Source: Alphaproteobacteria bacterium
GTDB taxonomy: Bacteria > Pseudomonadota > Alphaproteobacteria > Bin95
NCBI GenBank assembly: GCA_965220855.1
Contig: CBDCQY010000001.1
Location: forward strand, 2,522,120-2,586,119
DNA: 64,000 nucleotides
Direction of reading: 5' to 3'
Under the pieces are notes generated by a model. It searched no databases. It saw only the letters and a list, made by a program, of their open reading frames with translations, and was not told the origin of the DNA. Positions within the stretch are counted from its first letter, which is position 1. The number at the start of each line of letters is the position of its first letter. A program made the position numbers and the translations under genes. This document shows positions 18,738 through 28,200 of this stretch, in pieces.

Positions 18738-20164
18738 GACGCCGCCGCCGACTGCTCGCCATGGAAGCGCCGCAGCAGATTGCGGGCGACCAGCGCGCGA
18801 TAGGGCGCCGAGGCGCGCCAGTCCGAAATCGGCGTGAAATCCCGCTCCAGCGCCTCGCCGGCCGCCTCGAGCGCCGCCTCGCCCCAGGGCTGTCCGAGCA
18901 GCGCCGCCTCTGCGGCCGGCGCGCGCTTCGGGATCGCCGCCATGCCGCCATAAGCGAGCCGGGCCTCGCGGATGCGCCCGCCCTCGACGCGGACCATGAA
19001 GCCCGCGCAGACCGAGGAGATGTCCTCGTCGCGGCGCTTCGAGACCTTGTAGAAGCCGAGCCGCGCCTCCGGCGGCGGGCGGGGCACGCGGACCGCCTCC
19101 ACGAATTCGCCGGGCGCGAGATCCTGGCGGCCGTAATCGAGGAAATAGTCCTCCAGCGGCAGGCGGCGGCGCGCCGGCCCCTTGCGCAACACCAGCTCCG
19201 CGCCGAGCGCGATCAGGGCGGGCGGCAGGTCGGCGATCGGCGAGCCGTTGGCGATATTGCCGCCGACGGTGCCCATATTGCGGATCTGCCAGCCGCCGAT
19301 GCGGCTCCAATAGTCGCCGAGAGCCGGCGCCAGCGCCAGCAGCGCCGCCTCGGCCTCGGAATAGGAGGCGGCGGCGCCGATCTCCACCGCGTCACCGCTT
19401 TCCGAGATGCGGGCAAGCGCGTCCAGATGGCCGACGAACACCGCCGGCGCGATGTCCCGGAGCGCCTTGTTGATCCACACGCCGACATCGGTCGCGCCGG
19501 CGACGACGGTCGCCTCCGGCTCGGCCGGCAGCAGGGCGGCCAGGTCGTCCATGTCGGCCGGCAGCAGAGCGCGGCGGCCCCCGCGCGCGACCTCCACCCG
19601 CTTTCCGTCGGCGAGCGCCGCCAGGCGCTCCGCCAGCGCCGTCCGGTTCCGGGTGAGCGGATCGTCTTCCGGCAGGCCGTAGTCGGCGGCGGCGGCGGCG
19701 GCGCGCAGGATGGGCGCATAGCCGGTGCAGCGGCAGAGATTGCCCTGCAGCGCCCGGCGGACCTCCGCCTCCTCCGGCCGCGGCCGCTCCAGCCAGAGCG
19801 CATAGAGCGCCATCACGATGCCCGGCGTGCAGAAGCCGCACTGGCTGCCATGAAAATCGACCATCGCCTGCTGCACCGGATGCAGCCCGTCCCGGGCCAG
19901 ATGCTCCACGGTCACCACATGGCAGCCGTCCAGGCTCGGCAGCATCCGGATGCAGCTGTTGACGACGCCGTAGCGGAGCGCGCCCTCCCTGAGCCGCCCG
20001 ACCAGCACCGTGCAGGCGCCGCAATCGCCTTCCGCGCAGCCTTCCTTCGCGCCCCGCAGGCCGCGATCCAGGCGCAGGAAGTCGAGCAGGCTGTCGCCCG
20101 GCCCCGCCTCGGCGAGCGTCACCTCAGCGTCGTTCAGCAGGAAGCGAAGCTCGGTCCGCGCCAC
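18734..20164 (-). CDS. xdhA: Xanthine dehydrogenase small (Fe-S/FAD) subunit
   Basis: KEGCAEGDCGAC; SQCGFCTPG; GNLCRCTGY; KVSKRRDEDIS; GTG start. Confidence 0.95.
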   Translation of the reverse strand: MARTELRFLLNDAEVTLAEAGPGDSLLDFLRLDRGLRGAKEGCAEGDCGACTVLVGRLREGALRYGVVNSCIRMLPSLDGCHVVTVEHLARDGLHPVQQAMVDFHGSQCGFCTPGIVMALYALWLERPRPEEAEVRRALQGNLCRCTGYAPILRAAAAAADYGLPEDDPLTRNRTALAERLAALADGKRVEVARGGRRALLPADMDDLAALLPAEPEATVVAGATDVGVWINKALRDIAPAVFVGHLDALARISESGDAVEIGAAASYSEAEAALLALAPALGDYWSRIGGWQIRNMGTVGGNIANGSPIADLPPALIALGAELVLRKGPARRRLPLEDYFLDYGRQDLAPGEFVEAVRVPRPPPEARLGFYKVSKRRDEDISSVCAGFMVRVEGGRIREARLAYGGMAAIPKRAPAAEAALLGQPWGEAALEAAGEALERDFTPISDWRASAPYRALVARNLLRRFHGEQSAAAS

Positions 20165-20168
20165 GGGT

Positions 20169-20528
20169 CTAGCTGCCCCGGTAGGTCGAATAGCCGAAGG
20201 GCGAGAGCAGGAGCGGGACATGCCAGTTCGCGCCCGCGTCGGCGACGCGAAAGCGCACCGGCACGATGTCGAGGAAGGGCGCATCGCCGCCGCCGGACGC
20301 GACGGCGCGAAGATAGGCCCCGGCGTCGAACTCGATCTCATAAAGGCCCGGCTCGAAGGCCGAGCCGGCCAGGAGCGGCGCGTCGGTGCGCCCGTCTGCA
20401 TTCGTCGCCGTCTCGCAGAGCGCGCGCCGCTCCGTCCCGTCGAGGCGATAGAGCCGGAGCGTCAGCCCGGCGGCGGGCCGGCCGCGCGCCGTGTCGAGCA
20501 CATGGGTGGTCAGTCTTCCGCCGGACAT
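20169..20528 (-). CDS. uraH: 5-hydroxyisourate hydrolase
   Basis: [11 protein letters not shown]; C-terminal YSTYRGS. Confidence 0.95.
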   Translation of the reverse strand: MSGGRLTTHVLDTARGRPAAGLTLRLYRLDGTERRALCETATNADGRTDAPLLAGSAFEPGLYEIEFDAGAYLRAVASGGGDAPFLDIVPVRFRVADAGANWHVPLLLSPFGYSTYRGS

Positions 20529-20635
20529 CCGGGCCTCCAGGGCGTCGGCGCGCCGGCCGCAAGCCGCGCATTTTCAGGCTAGCAATGTGCGGCCCGGCAA
20601 TCAATAAATCCGGCGACGGAACGGCGGAGGCGACC

Positions 20636-22051
20636 TTGCGATACACACGAGACCTGCATGGATACGGCGCCGGTCCGCCGCATCCGCATTGGCCGGGCGA
20701 GGCCCGCATCGCGGTGCAGTTCGTCATCAATTACGAGGAAGGCGGCGAGAACTGCATCCTGCATGGCGACCCCGCCTCGGAGGCCTTCCTCTCCGAGATC
20801 ATCGGCGCGGAGCCCTGGCCCGGCGAGCGCCACTGGAACATGGAATCTTTCTACGAATACGGCGCCCGCGCCGGCTTCTGGCGCCTCCACCGGCTGTTCA
20901 CCGGCCTCGACCTGCCGGTCACGGTCTATGGCGTCGCGACGGCGCTTGCGCGCTCTCCGGCGCAGGTGGAGGCGATGCAGTCCGCCGACTGGGAGATCGC
21001 CAGCCACGGCCTCAAATGGATCGAATATCGCGCCATGCCGATCGGGGAGGAGCGCGCCCATATGCGCGAGGCTATCCGCCTGCACCGGGAGGTGACGGGC
21101 GAGCGCCCGCGCGGCTGGTACACCGGGCGCTGCTCGGCCAACACGGTGGCGCTGGTCGCGGAGGAAGGCGGCTTCGACTATGTGGCCGACTCCTATGCCG
21201 ACGACCTGCCCTACTGGCTGCGCATCGGCGAGCGCGACCTGTTGGTGACGCCCTATGCGCTGGACAGCAACGACATGCGCTTCGCCACCGCGCAGGGCTT
21301 CAATTCCGGCGAGCAGTTCTTCGCCTATCTGCGCGACAGCTTCGATGCGCTCTACGCCGAGGGCGTGGCGGGCAGTCCGAAAATGCTGTCCGTCGGCCTG
21401 CATTGCCGGCTGGCCGGGCGTCCCGGCCGGGTCATGGGGCTGAAGCGCTTCATCGACCACATGCTGGCGCATGAGCGGGTGTGGGTCGCGCGGCGCATCG
21501 ACATCGCCCGGCACTGGCGGGCGCGCCACCCGCCGCCGGCGGCGCGCCCCGGCCCCTCGGCGCTGGACCGGGAGGCGTTCGTCGCCAGGTTCGGCGGCGT
21601 ATTCGAGCATTCGCCCTGGATCGCCGAACGCGCCTGGGAGGACGAGCTCGGGCCGGCGCACGACACCGCCGTCGGGCTGGCGAGCGCGCTCGCCCGCAAG
21701 TTCCGCGCCGCGAGCGCCGAAGAGCGCATGGGCGTGCTGAAGGCCCATCCCGACCTGGCCGGCCGGCTGGCCGCCGCGCGACGCCTGACCGAAGCCTCGG
21801 CCGCCGAGCAGGCCTCGGCCGGCCTGGACGCGCTGACCGACGCCGAACGCGAGCGCTTCACGGCGCTGAACCGCGCCTATACCGACAAGCACGGCTTTCC
21901 GTTCATCGTCGCGGTGCGCGATCATGACCGCGCCGGCATTCTCGCCGCCTTCGAGCGGCGCCTCGCCAACGACACCGAAACCGAGTTCGACGAAGCCTGC
22001 CGGCAGGTGGAGCGGATCGCCCGTCTGCGCCTCGACGATCTGCTCGGCTGA
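20636..22051 (+). CDS. puuE: Allantoinase PuuE fused to OHCU decarboxylase (UraD)
   Basis: NYEEGGE and YEYGARAG polysaccharide-deacetylase-type domain, then FEHSPW, AHPDLAG and GFPFIVAV; TTG start after GGAGG. Confidence 0.9.
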   Translation: MRYTRDLHGYGAGPPHPHWPGEARIAVQFVINYEEGGENCILHGDPASEAFLSEIIGAEPWPGERHWNMESFYEYGARAGFWRLHRLFTGLDLPVTVYGVATALARSPAQVEAMQSADWEIASHGLKWIEYRAMPIGEERAHMREAIRLHREVTGERPRGWYTGRCSANTVALVAEEGGFDYVADSYADDLPYWLRIGERDLLVTPYALDSNDMRFATAQGFNSGEQFFAYLRDSFDALYAEGVAGSPKMLSVGLHCRLAGRPGRVMGLKRFIDHMLAHERVWVARRIDIARHWRARHPPPAARPGPSALDREAFVARFGGVFEHSPWIAERAWEDELGPAHDTAVGLASALARKFRAASAEERMGVLKAHPDLAGRLAAARRLTEASAAEQASAGLDALTDAERERFTALNRAYTDKHGFPFIVAVRDHDRAGILAAFERRLANDTETEFDEACRQVERIARLRLDDLLG

Positions 22052-22062
22052 CCTGTCGAGGG

Positions 22063-22935
22063 TCAGCCCGCGACCGGCGGGGCGGTGTCGCGGACCTGGG
22101 TGCGGTGCATGTGGCGCCGGCTGCCCGGCTCCAGCGCGTCGCGCCGGTGCAGCGTGCAGCGATTGTCCCAGATCACCAGATCGCCGGGGCGCCAGCGCTG
22201 CGTCCAGGTGAAGGCCGAGCGCTCGATATGCGCCCAGATCTCGTCGAGCAGCGCGTCGCTCTCGGCGTCGGCGAGGCCGACGATCCAGGCGCCCGGACGC
22301 CGGCCGACGCAGAGCGCCCGGCGCCCCGTCGCGGGATGGGCCAGCACCAGCGGATGCACGGCGCCCGGACGCTCGGCATTGCTGTAATGCGCTTCATAGC
22401 CGTGGCGGAGGCCGCCGTCGGAGGCGCGCGTCGCGTCATGCTTGCAGGAGAGGCCTGCGATCCGCCGGCGCAGATCGTCCGGCAGCGCGTCATGAGCCTT
22501 GTAGAGATTGCAGAAATGCGTCGCGCCGCCGGTCTCGGGCGCCTCGACGCCGTAGAGCAGGCTCGCCTTGGGCGGGATCGCGTTGTAGGTCATGTCCTGG
22601 TGCCAGACGAGTTCGGAGTTGCCGAGCGCGCCGACCGGCCGGCCCTCCACCACCAGGTTCGAGACCACGGTGATTTCCGGCCGGTCCGGATTGAAGGGCT
22701 TGCCGCCGCGCCCGGTCGGCGCCATGTCGAGCGCCCCGAAGCGGCGCGAGAAGGCGGCGAGCGCGTCGTCGTCGAGCGCCTGCCCCCGGAAGCGCAGCAC
22801 CAGATGCTCGTGCCAGGCGTCCTCGATGCGCCGGAAGACGCCGTCGTCGAGGGGTTCGGCGAGATCGACCCCGACGATATCGGCGCCGAGCGCGCCCTCC
22901 GTCGGAACCACCCGGATGTCTCCCCGCGCCGTCAT
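22063..22935 (-). CDS. TauD/TfdA family 2-oxoglutarate/Fe(II) dioxygenase
   Basis: WHQD facial-triad motif; WDNRCTLHRR. Confidence 0.9.
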   Translation of the reverse strand: MTARGDIRVVPTEGALGADIVGVDLAEPLDDGVFRRIEDAWHEHLVLRFRGQALDDDALAAFSRRFGALDMAPTGRGGKPFNPDRPEITVVSNLVVEGRPVGALGNSELVWHQDMTYNAIPPKASLLYGVEAPETGGATHFCNLYKAHDALPDDLRRRIAGLSCKHDATRASDGGLRHGYEAHYSNAERPGAVHPLVLAHPATGRRALCVGRRPGAWIVGLADAESDALLDEIWAHIERSAFTWTQRWRPGDLVIWDNRCTLHRRDALEPGSRRHMHRTQVRDTAPPVAG

Positions 22936-23414
22936 GACCGCCCCTCCCGCAATCGGTTGCATTCGCCACCGGCCAATGGCCGGAGCCAGCGAACCTGCCA
23001 TTATATGGCGGTATCTGCATATGGAGAGTCATGACCGACAGGGAAGCGTCCAACAAGCAGATCAGCCGCGACACGAATCCGGAAGCGCGCCGACTTGTAC
23101 CGGGCGCGATGTAGGCAACCGTGAAGAGGATGTTCGGCGCTGTTGCGCGTCTGCGCGCAGGGACAGAGAACGACACGCCTTCGGGGCCTGCCCTACAGGA
23201 CCCCGGAGCAAGTTGGATCCCGACCTTCGCATCCGCCTTCGGCTCTGCGACCACAGCGAGGACTCCGGCCCCGGCAGACGCACACGCGCGCGAACGCGAC
23301 CTCGCCCGGGAATCGATGCAGTTTCTGTTGGCCCTGCGCTGTCGAGAACACAAGGGTGAACTCGTGAGACAGGCAGGCTAAGCTTGCGTCCTCCGACCGC
23401 CGCCGCCCCAGCCC

Positions 23415-24689
23415 ATGCGCACGCTGCTCTTTCTCGAACCCGGCCATTTCCACGCCGCGCTCACCTTGAGACGCGCGAATCCTCGCATCGACCCGACCGT
23501 CCATCTCTACGCCCGGCCCGGCCCGGAGCGCGAGGCTTTCCTGGCGCTGGTGCGCTCCTTCAATGCGCGCGAGGAGGAGCCGACCCGCTGGCGGGTCCGG
23601 GCGCATGAGGCGGCGGACCCGGAGCGGGCGCTGATCGAGGAGCGGCGGGGGGATGTCGTCGTGCTGGCCGGGCGCACCCGGCCCAAGCTCGGCGCCATCG
23701 CGCGCCTCCATGGCGCCGGGCTGCATGTGCTCGCCGACAAGCCCTGGCTCGCCGACAGCGCCGCGCTCCCGGACCTGGAGCGGGCGACCGCCGGCTGGCC
23801 GCTCGCCATGGACATCATGACCTTCCGCCACGAGACGGTGGCGCGGCTGGCGACGCGGCTGGCCTCCGACCCGGAGCTGTTCGGCGCGCTCGACGGACAG
23901 GCGGACGCGCCCGCGATCGACATCCGGTCCGTGCATCATCTGCTGAAGCAGGTGGACGGCCGCCCGCTGCGTCGGCCCGCCTGGTATTACGACACCCGCA
24001 TCCAGGGCGACGGCCTGGTCGATATCCAGTCTCATATGGTCGATCAGGCGGAGTGGCTGCTGGGGGACGGGCCGGGCTTCGACTTCGCGCGGGACTTCGA
24101 ACTCGACGAGGCGCGCCGCTGGAGCACGCCGGCGCCCCGCGCGCTCTTCCGGGCCAGCACCGGCCTCGACGACTTCCCGGAGGCGCTTGCGCCGATGGTG
24201 GAAGACGGGGTGCTGCGCCTCGCCTGCAATGGCGAGATTCGCTACCGGCTCCGGGGCGTTCCTGTGCGCCAGCGCGCGGAGTGGGACCAGCGCGAGCCGG
24301 AAGGCGGCGGCGACGCGCATCGCACGGTCATCCGGGGGACGCGCGCGACGATCACCCAGCGGCGGGGGCCGGAGACCGGCTTCCGGGGCGAGCTGCATGT
24401 CGCGCCGCGCAAGCCGGGACCGGGCTTCGAGACCCGGCTCTCGGAGAAGCTCGCCAGCCTGGAAGCAGAGACGCCCGGCCTCGCGCATCGCCCCTCGGCG
24501 CTCGGGCATGAGATCGTCATCCCGGCCGCGCTCCTGACACCCCATGAAGCGCATTTCGCCATGGTGCTGAACGACTTCCTCGACCTGCTCGACGCCGGCG
24601 TCTGGCCGGCCGCGCTCGCCGCGCGCATCCGGGCGCGCTACACCCTGCTCGCGCGGGCGCGCGAGCGCGCGGAGGAGGCCGGCGGATGA
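23415..24689 (+). CDS. Putative oxidoreductase (Gfo/Idh/MocA-related, Oxidoreduct_C-type)
   Basis: EPGHFHAAL; VLADKPW; DIMTFRHE; RPAWYYD..QGDGLVD. Confidence 0.7.
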   Translation: MRTLLFLEPGHFHAALTLRRANPRIDPTVHLYARPGPEREAFLALVRSFNAREEEPTRWRVRAHEAADPERALIEERRGDVVVLAGRTRPKLGAIARLHGAGLHVLADKPWLADSAALPDLERATAGWPLAMDIMTFRHETVARLATRLASDPELFGALDGQADAPAIDIRSVHHLLKQVDGRPLRRPAWYYDTRIQGDGLVDIQSHMVDQAEWLLGDGPGFDFARDFELDEARRWSTPAPRALFRASTGLDDFPEALAPMVEDGVLRLACNGEIRYRLRGVPVRQRAEWDQREPEGGGDAHRTVIRGTRATITQRRGPETGFRGELHVAPRKPGPGFETRLSEKLASLEAETPGLAHRPSALGHEIVIPAALLTPHEAHFAMVLNDFLDLLDAGVWPAALAARIRARYTLLARARERAEEAGG

Positions 24690-25252
24690 GGCGCCCGGCG
24701 CTCGCCGGCGCGCTGCTGGCCTGCCTGCTGCTGCTCCCGGCCGACGCGCCCGCCGACAAGCGCTTCGCCCGCCTTGCGGAGCCCGGCGCCATCGCCATCA
24801 TGCGCCACGCCGACGCGCCGGGAGGCGGAGACCCGGGCGCGTTCCGGCTCGACGACTGCGCCACCCAGCGCAATCTCGGCGCGCGCGGCCGGGCGCAGGC
24901 GCGCGCCATCGGGGCGGCGATGCGCGCGGCGGGGGCGCGTTTCGACCGGGTTCTCAGCAGCCAGTGGTGCCGCTGCCGCGAGACGGCCCGGCTGCTGGGT
25001 CTGGGTCTCGTCGAGGACCTGCCGGCGCTCAACTCCTTCTTCCGGGAGCCTTCCCGCGCCGGGCGGCAGACCGACGCGCTCCGGGAGTTCCTGCGCGACC
25101 TGCCGCCCGACGACAGCGTCATGCTGGTCACGCATTTCGTGAACATCCGGGCGCTGACCGGCCGGAGCGTCGCCTCCGGCGAGGTGCTGTCGATCGAGCC
25201 GGACGATGACGGCCGGGTCGCCGTCATCGACACGATCCTGATCGGCCCATAA
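24686..25252 (+). CDS. Histidine phosphatase family protein, secreted
   Basis: MRHA; CATQRNL; SSQWCRCRETA; LVTH; signal peptide. Confidence 0.85.
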   Translation: MRRPALAGALLACLLLLPADAPADKRFARLAEPGAIAIMRHADAPGGGDPGAFRLDDCATQRNLGARGRAQARAIGAAMRAAGARFDRVLSSQWCRCRETARLLGLGLVEDLPALNSFFREPSRAGRQTDALREFLRDLPPDDSVMLVTHFVNIRALTGRSVASGEVLSIEPDDDGRVAVIDTILIGP

Positions 25253-25265
25253 TCCCGCCCCGGCT

Positions 25266-28200
25266 TCAGAAGCCGAGGCGGAGGTCGAAATGGAGGCGGC
25301 GGTCGTCGGCGGAGCCGCTGCGGGCCTCGCGGCCGCCGGTGAGTTCCAGATCGACGCGGCCCTTCGCGGCCTCGAAGGCGAGGCCGGCTTCGAGCTTGCG
25401 TCGGACGCCCTCTTCCTCCGAGAGGCGGAGCAGGGGCGAGAGCAGGCCGTGGGCCGCCGGCAGGCGGAAGCCGTAGCGGGCCTCCAGTTCGAGCGCCATG
25501 CGGTCTTCGTCGGCCCCGAAGCCGGCCTCGTCATAGTCGAGATCGTCCGCCAGCATTGCGGCCCCGTCGGCGCGCACGCCCGTCGCGAGGCTCGCCGACC
25601 AGGAGAGGCCCGCGCCGTCGGACGCCGGCTCCAGGCCGGCGGTCAGGCTCGCGCCTGTGCCGCCGTAGCCCGCCTCCGAGGAGAGCGCCAGGTGGCGGCC
25701 CTCGGCCTCCAGCGCGAAGCGCGATCCGGGCGCGGCGAGGCGCGCGCCGAAGCCGGCCTCGACGCCCGAGCCTTCGCGCCAGTCGCCCCCGTCGCCGCGC
25801 CAGGCCAGCGAGCCGAAGGGCGCCAGAGACCCGCCGCCGAGGCCCCAGCCCTCATGCTCGGCTTCGAGAGACGCCCTGGCCCGCCAGACCTGCACCTCAT
25901 GCCCGCCGATCACCGAGCGCGCGCTGCCGCCCGTCTCCAGCGTGACGAAGCCCGCGTCCGCCTCCAGGGCGAGGCCGAGCGCGCCGACATCCGCCAGCGG
26001 CTGGCGACCGCCGGCGGAGGCAAGGCGCATCTCCAGCGCCTCGGTCTCGCCCGCGCCCTCCGCCGGGCGGTAATCCACCGAGCCGTTGCCCGCGCCGAGC
26101 ATGGTCCAGACCTCCGCCCCACTGGCGAGCTTCAGCTGCGCATAGGGCCAGGCGGCGCTGAGCGCGGTGGCGAAGCCCGCCCCGTCGCTGGCCTCGGTCT
26201 CGCCGGCGCTTCGCGAGAGCGCGAAGCCCATCAGCAGCCCGTCGCCCATGCGCGCATCCATGCCGAGCCAGCCGGTCTCCATGCGGCTGCGATGGTCGAT
26301 CCCGGCCTGCTCCGCCTCGAAGCGCATCAGCCCGCCGCGCCCCCAGGCCGTCATCTCCATGCCGGCCTCGCCGAAGGCCATCTCGAAGGCGCTGTCGCGA
26401 CGCAATTCCTCCCAGCTCACGCGCCGGTCATCGTCGAACGCCGTCCGGCGCTCCCGCCAGTCGAACTCCGTTGGCGCGGACGCCGCGCCGAACTCGACCC
26501 GCCGCCCGGCCATCGTCAGGCTCGACGCCCCCGGTGAGGCCTCCAGCCGCGCGCCGATCGTCGCCTGCGCCTCGTCCAGCGTCTCGGACGCCAGCCCCGC
26601 CAGGCTCTTGCCGAACGCATCGCGCTCGGCCGAGCCGCCGGCTCCCGCCACCACCTCGATGGTGAAGCTCAAGCTCGCCGTATCGCCATCCGCATCGGTC
26701 GCCGTCCAGCTGTAGCTCGTCGCCGTGGTGACCGCCGTCGGCGTCCCGCTCACCTCACGCGTTACCCCGTCGAGCGCAAGACCCGCCGGCGGAGCCGGCG
26801 TCAGCGTATAGCTCAGCGCCCCGTCGCCACCGGTCGCTTCCGGCAGGGTGAATGCGGTAATCGCCGCGTCCTGCGTGAAGCTCCGGTCCGCCACCGCCGC
26901 ATCGCCGAAGGAAGGCGCCCGGTCCTGCGGCGTCGCCGTCACCCCGACCGTCCCGCCCGCGCCATGTCGAGTCATCGCGCGCAACTCGAAGCGGTAGGCG
27001 GTTCCGTTGGCGAGGCCGGTCACCGCATGGCTGGTCGTGTGACGGTCGCTGCCGGCGATCCGGCTCCAGGCGTCATCGTCGCCGAGGCTCGAACCCGCCG
27101 TAAACCGTATCTGGTAATGATCCAGGTCCGTGTAGGATGGGGGATTCCAGGTCAGCGTGACCCGGCCATTGCCGGCCTCGGCGGCAAGGTTCTGCGGTTC
27201 GCGATAGGTGAAAACCCTGTTCTTGATGACGAATGTCAGGCTGGCGCGATCGCCGTCCTCGTCTTCCACTGTGTAAGTGTATGCGGTGGGAGGGACGGCA
27301 TTCCAGACCGCCCCCGCGAGTTCGCGCGTCGCATTGTCGAAGGTCAGACCCCCCGGCAGATCGGGCGTCAGGCTGTAGCTCAAGGCGCCGTTTCCACCCG
27401 TGGCCGCCGGCAACGTCCAGCTGTAGCCGCCGGGACTGGCGACGAACCAGTCGAATTCCGGGATCGTTTGCGAGCCGAAACTCGGAATATCGCCCGGCGC
27501 CGCCACCCGGATGGCGAAGGTCAGGCTCGCCGCGTCGCCGTCCGCGTCGGTCGCGCTGTAGCTGTAAGTCGCCGCAGCCGCCACCGCCGTCGGCGTCCCG
27601 CTGACGGTGCGCGTCGCCGGATCGAAGGCGAGGCCGGCCGGCAGATCGGGCGTCAGCGCATAGGCCAGCGCCCGGTTGCCGCCCGTCGCCGCCGGCAGGG
27701 TCAGCGCCGTCAGCGCCTCGCCCGTGGTGAAGATCCGGTCCGCGACCGTCGCCGAGCCGAAGGAGGGCGCCAGGTCCGCCTCCACGGCGATGGCGAAGGT
27801 GAGCACCGCCGTCTGGCCGTCCGCGTCCGTCGCGGTCCAGCTGTAGCTCGTCGCCGCCTGCTCGGTCGTCGGCGTCCCGGAGACGGTCTGCGTCGCCGGG
27901 TCGAAGGCGAGGCCGGCCGGCAAATCCGGCGCCAGCGTATGAATGACCGGCGCATTGCCGCCGCTCGCCGCCGGCAAGACAAGCGCCTGGATCGCACTGC
28001 CCTGCACCATATTCAGGTCCGCCACCGTCGCGGTTCCGAAATCGGGGCTGCTGTCCGCCTCCACCGCAATGACGAAGTCTAGGCTGGCCGCATCGCCGTC
28101 CGCGTCGGTCGCGATGTAATTGTAGGTCGCGGCCGCCTGCTGCGCCGCCGGCGCCCCGCTCACCTCACGCGTCGCCGCGTCGAAGACAAGGCCGGCCGGC

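Noticed and set aside
16644-20635. Long + strand ORFs (16644-18803 and the first ~625 codons of the 1096 aa ORF 18761-22051)
   Set aside because: Antisense shadows of xdhB/xdhA/uraH in high-GC DNA; real PuuE similarity starts only at about 20636
20636-22051. PuuE-UraD fusion as a novelty
   Set aside because: This fusion is already known in Alphaproteobacteria
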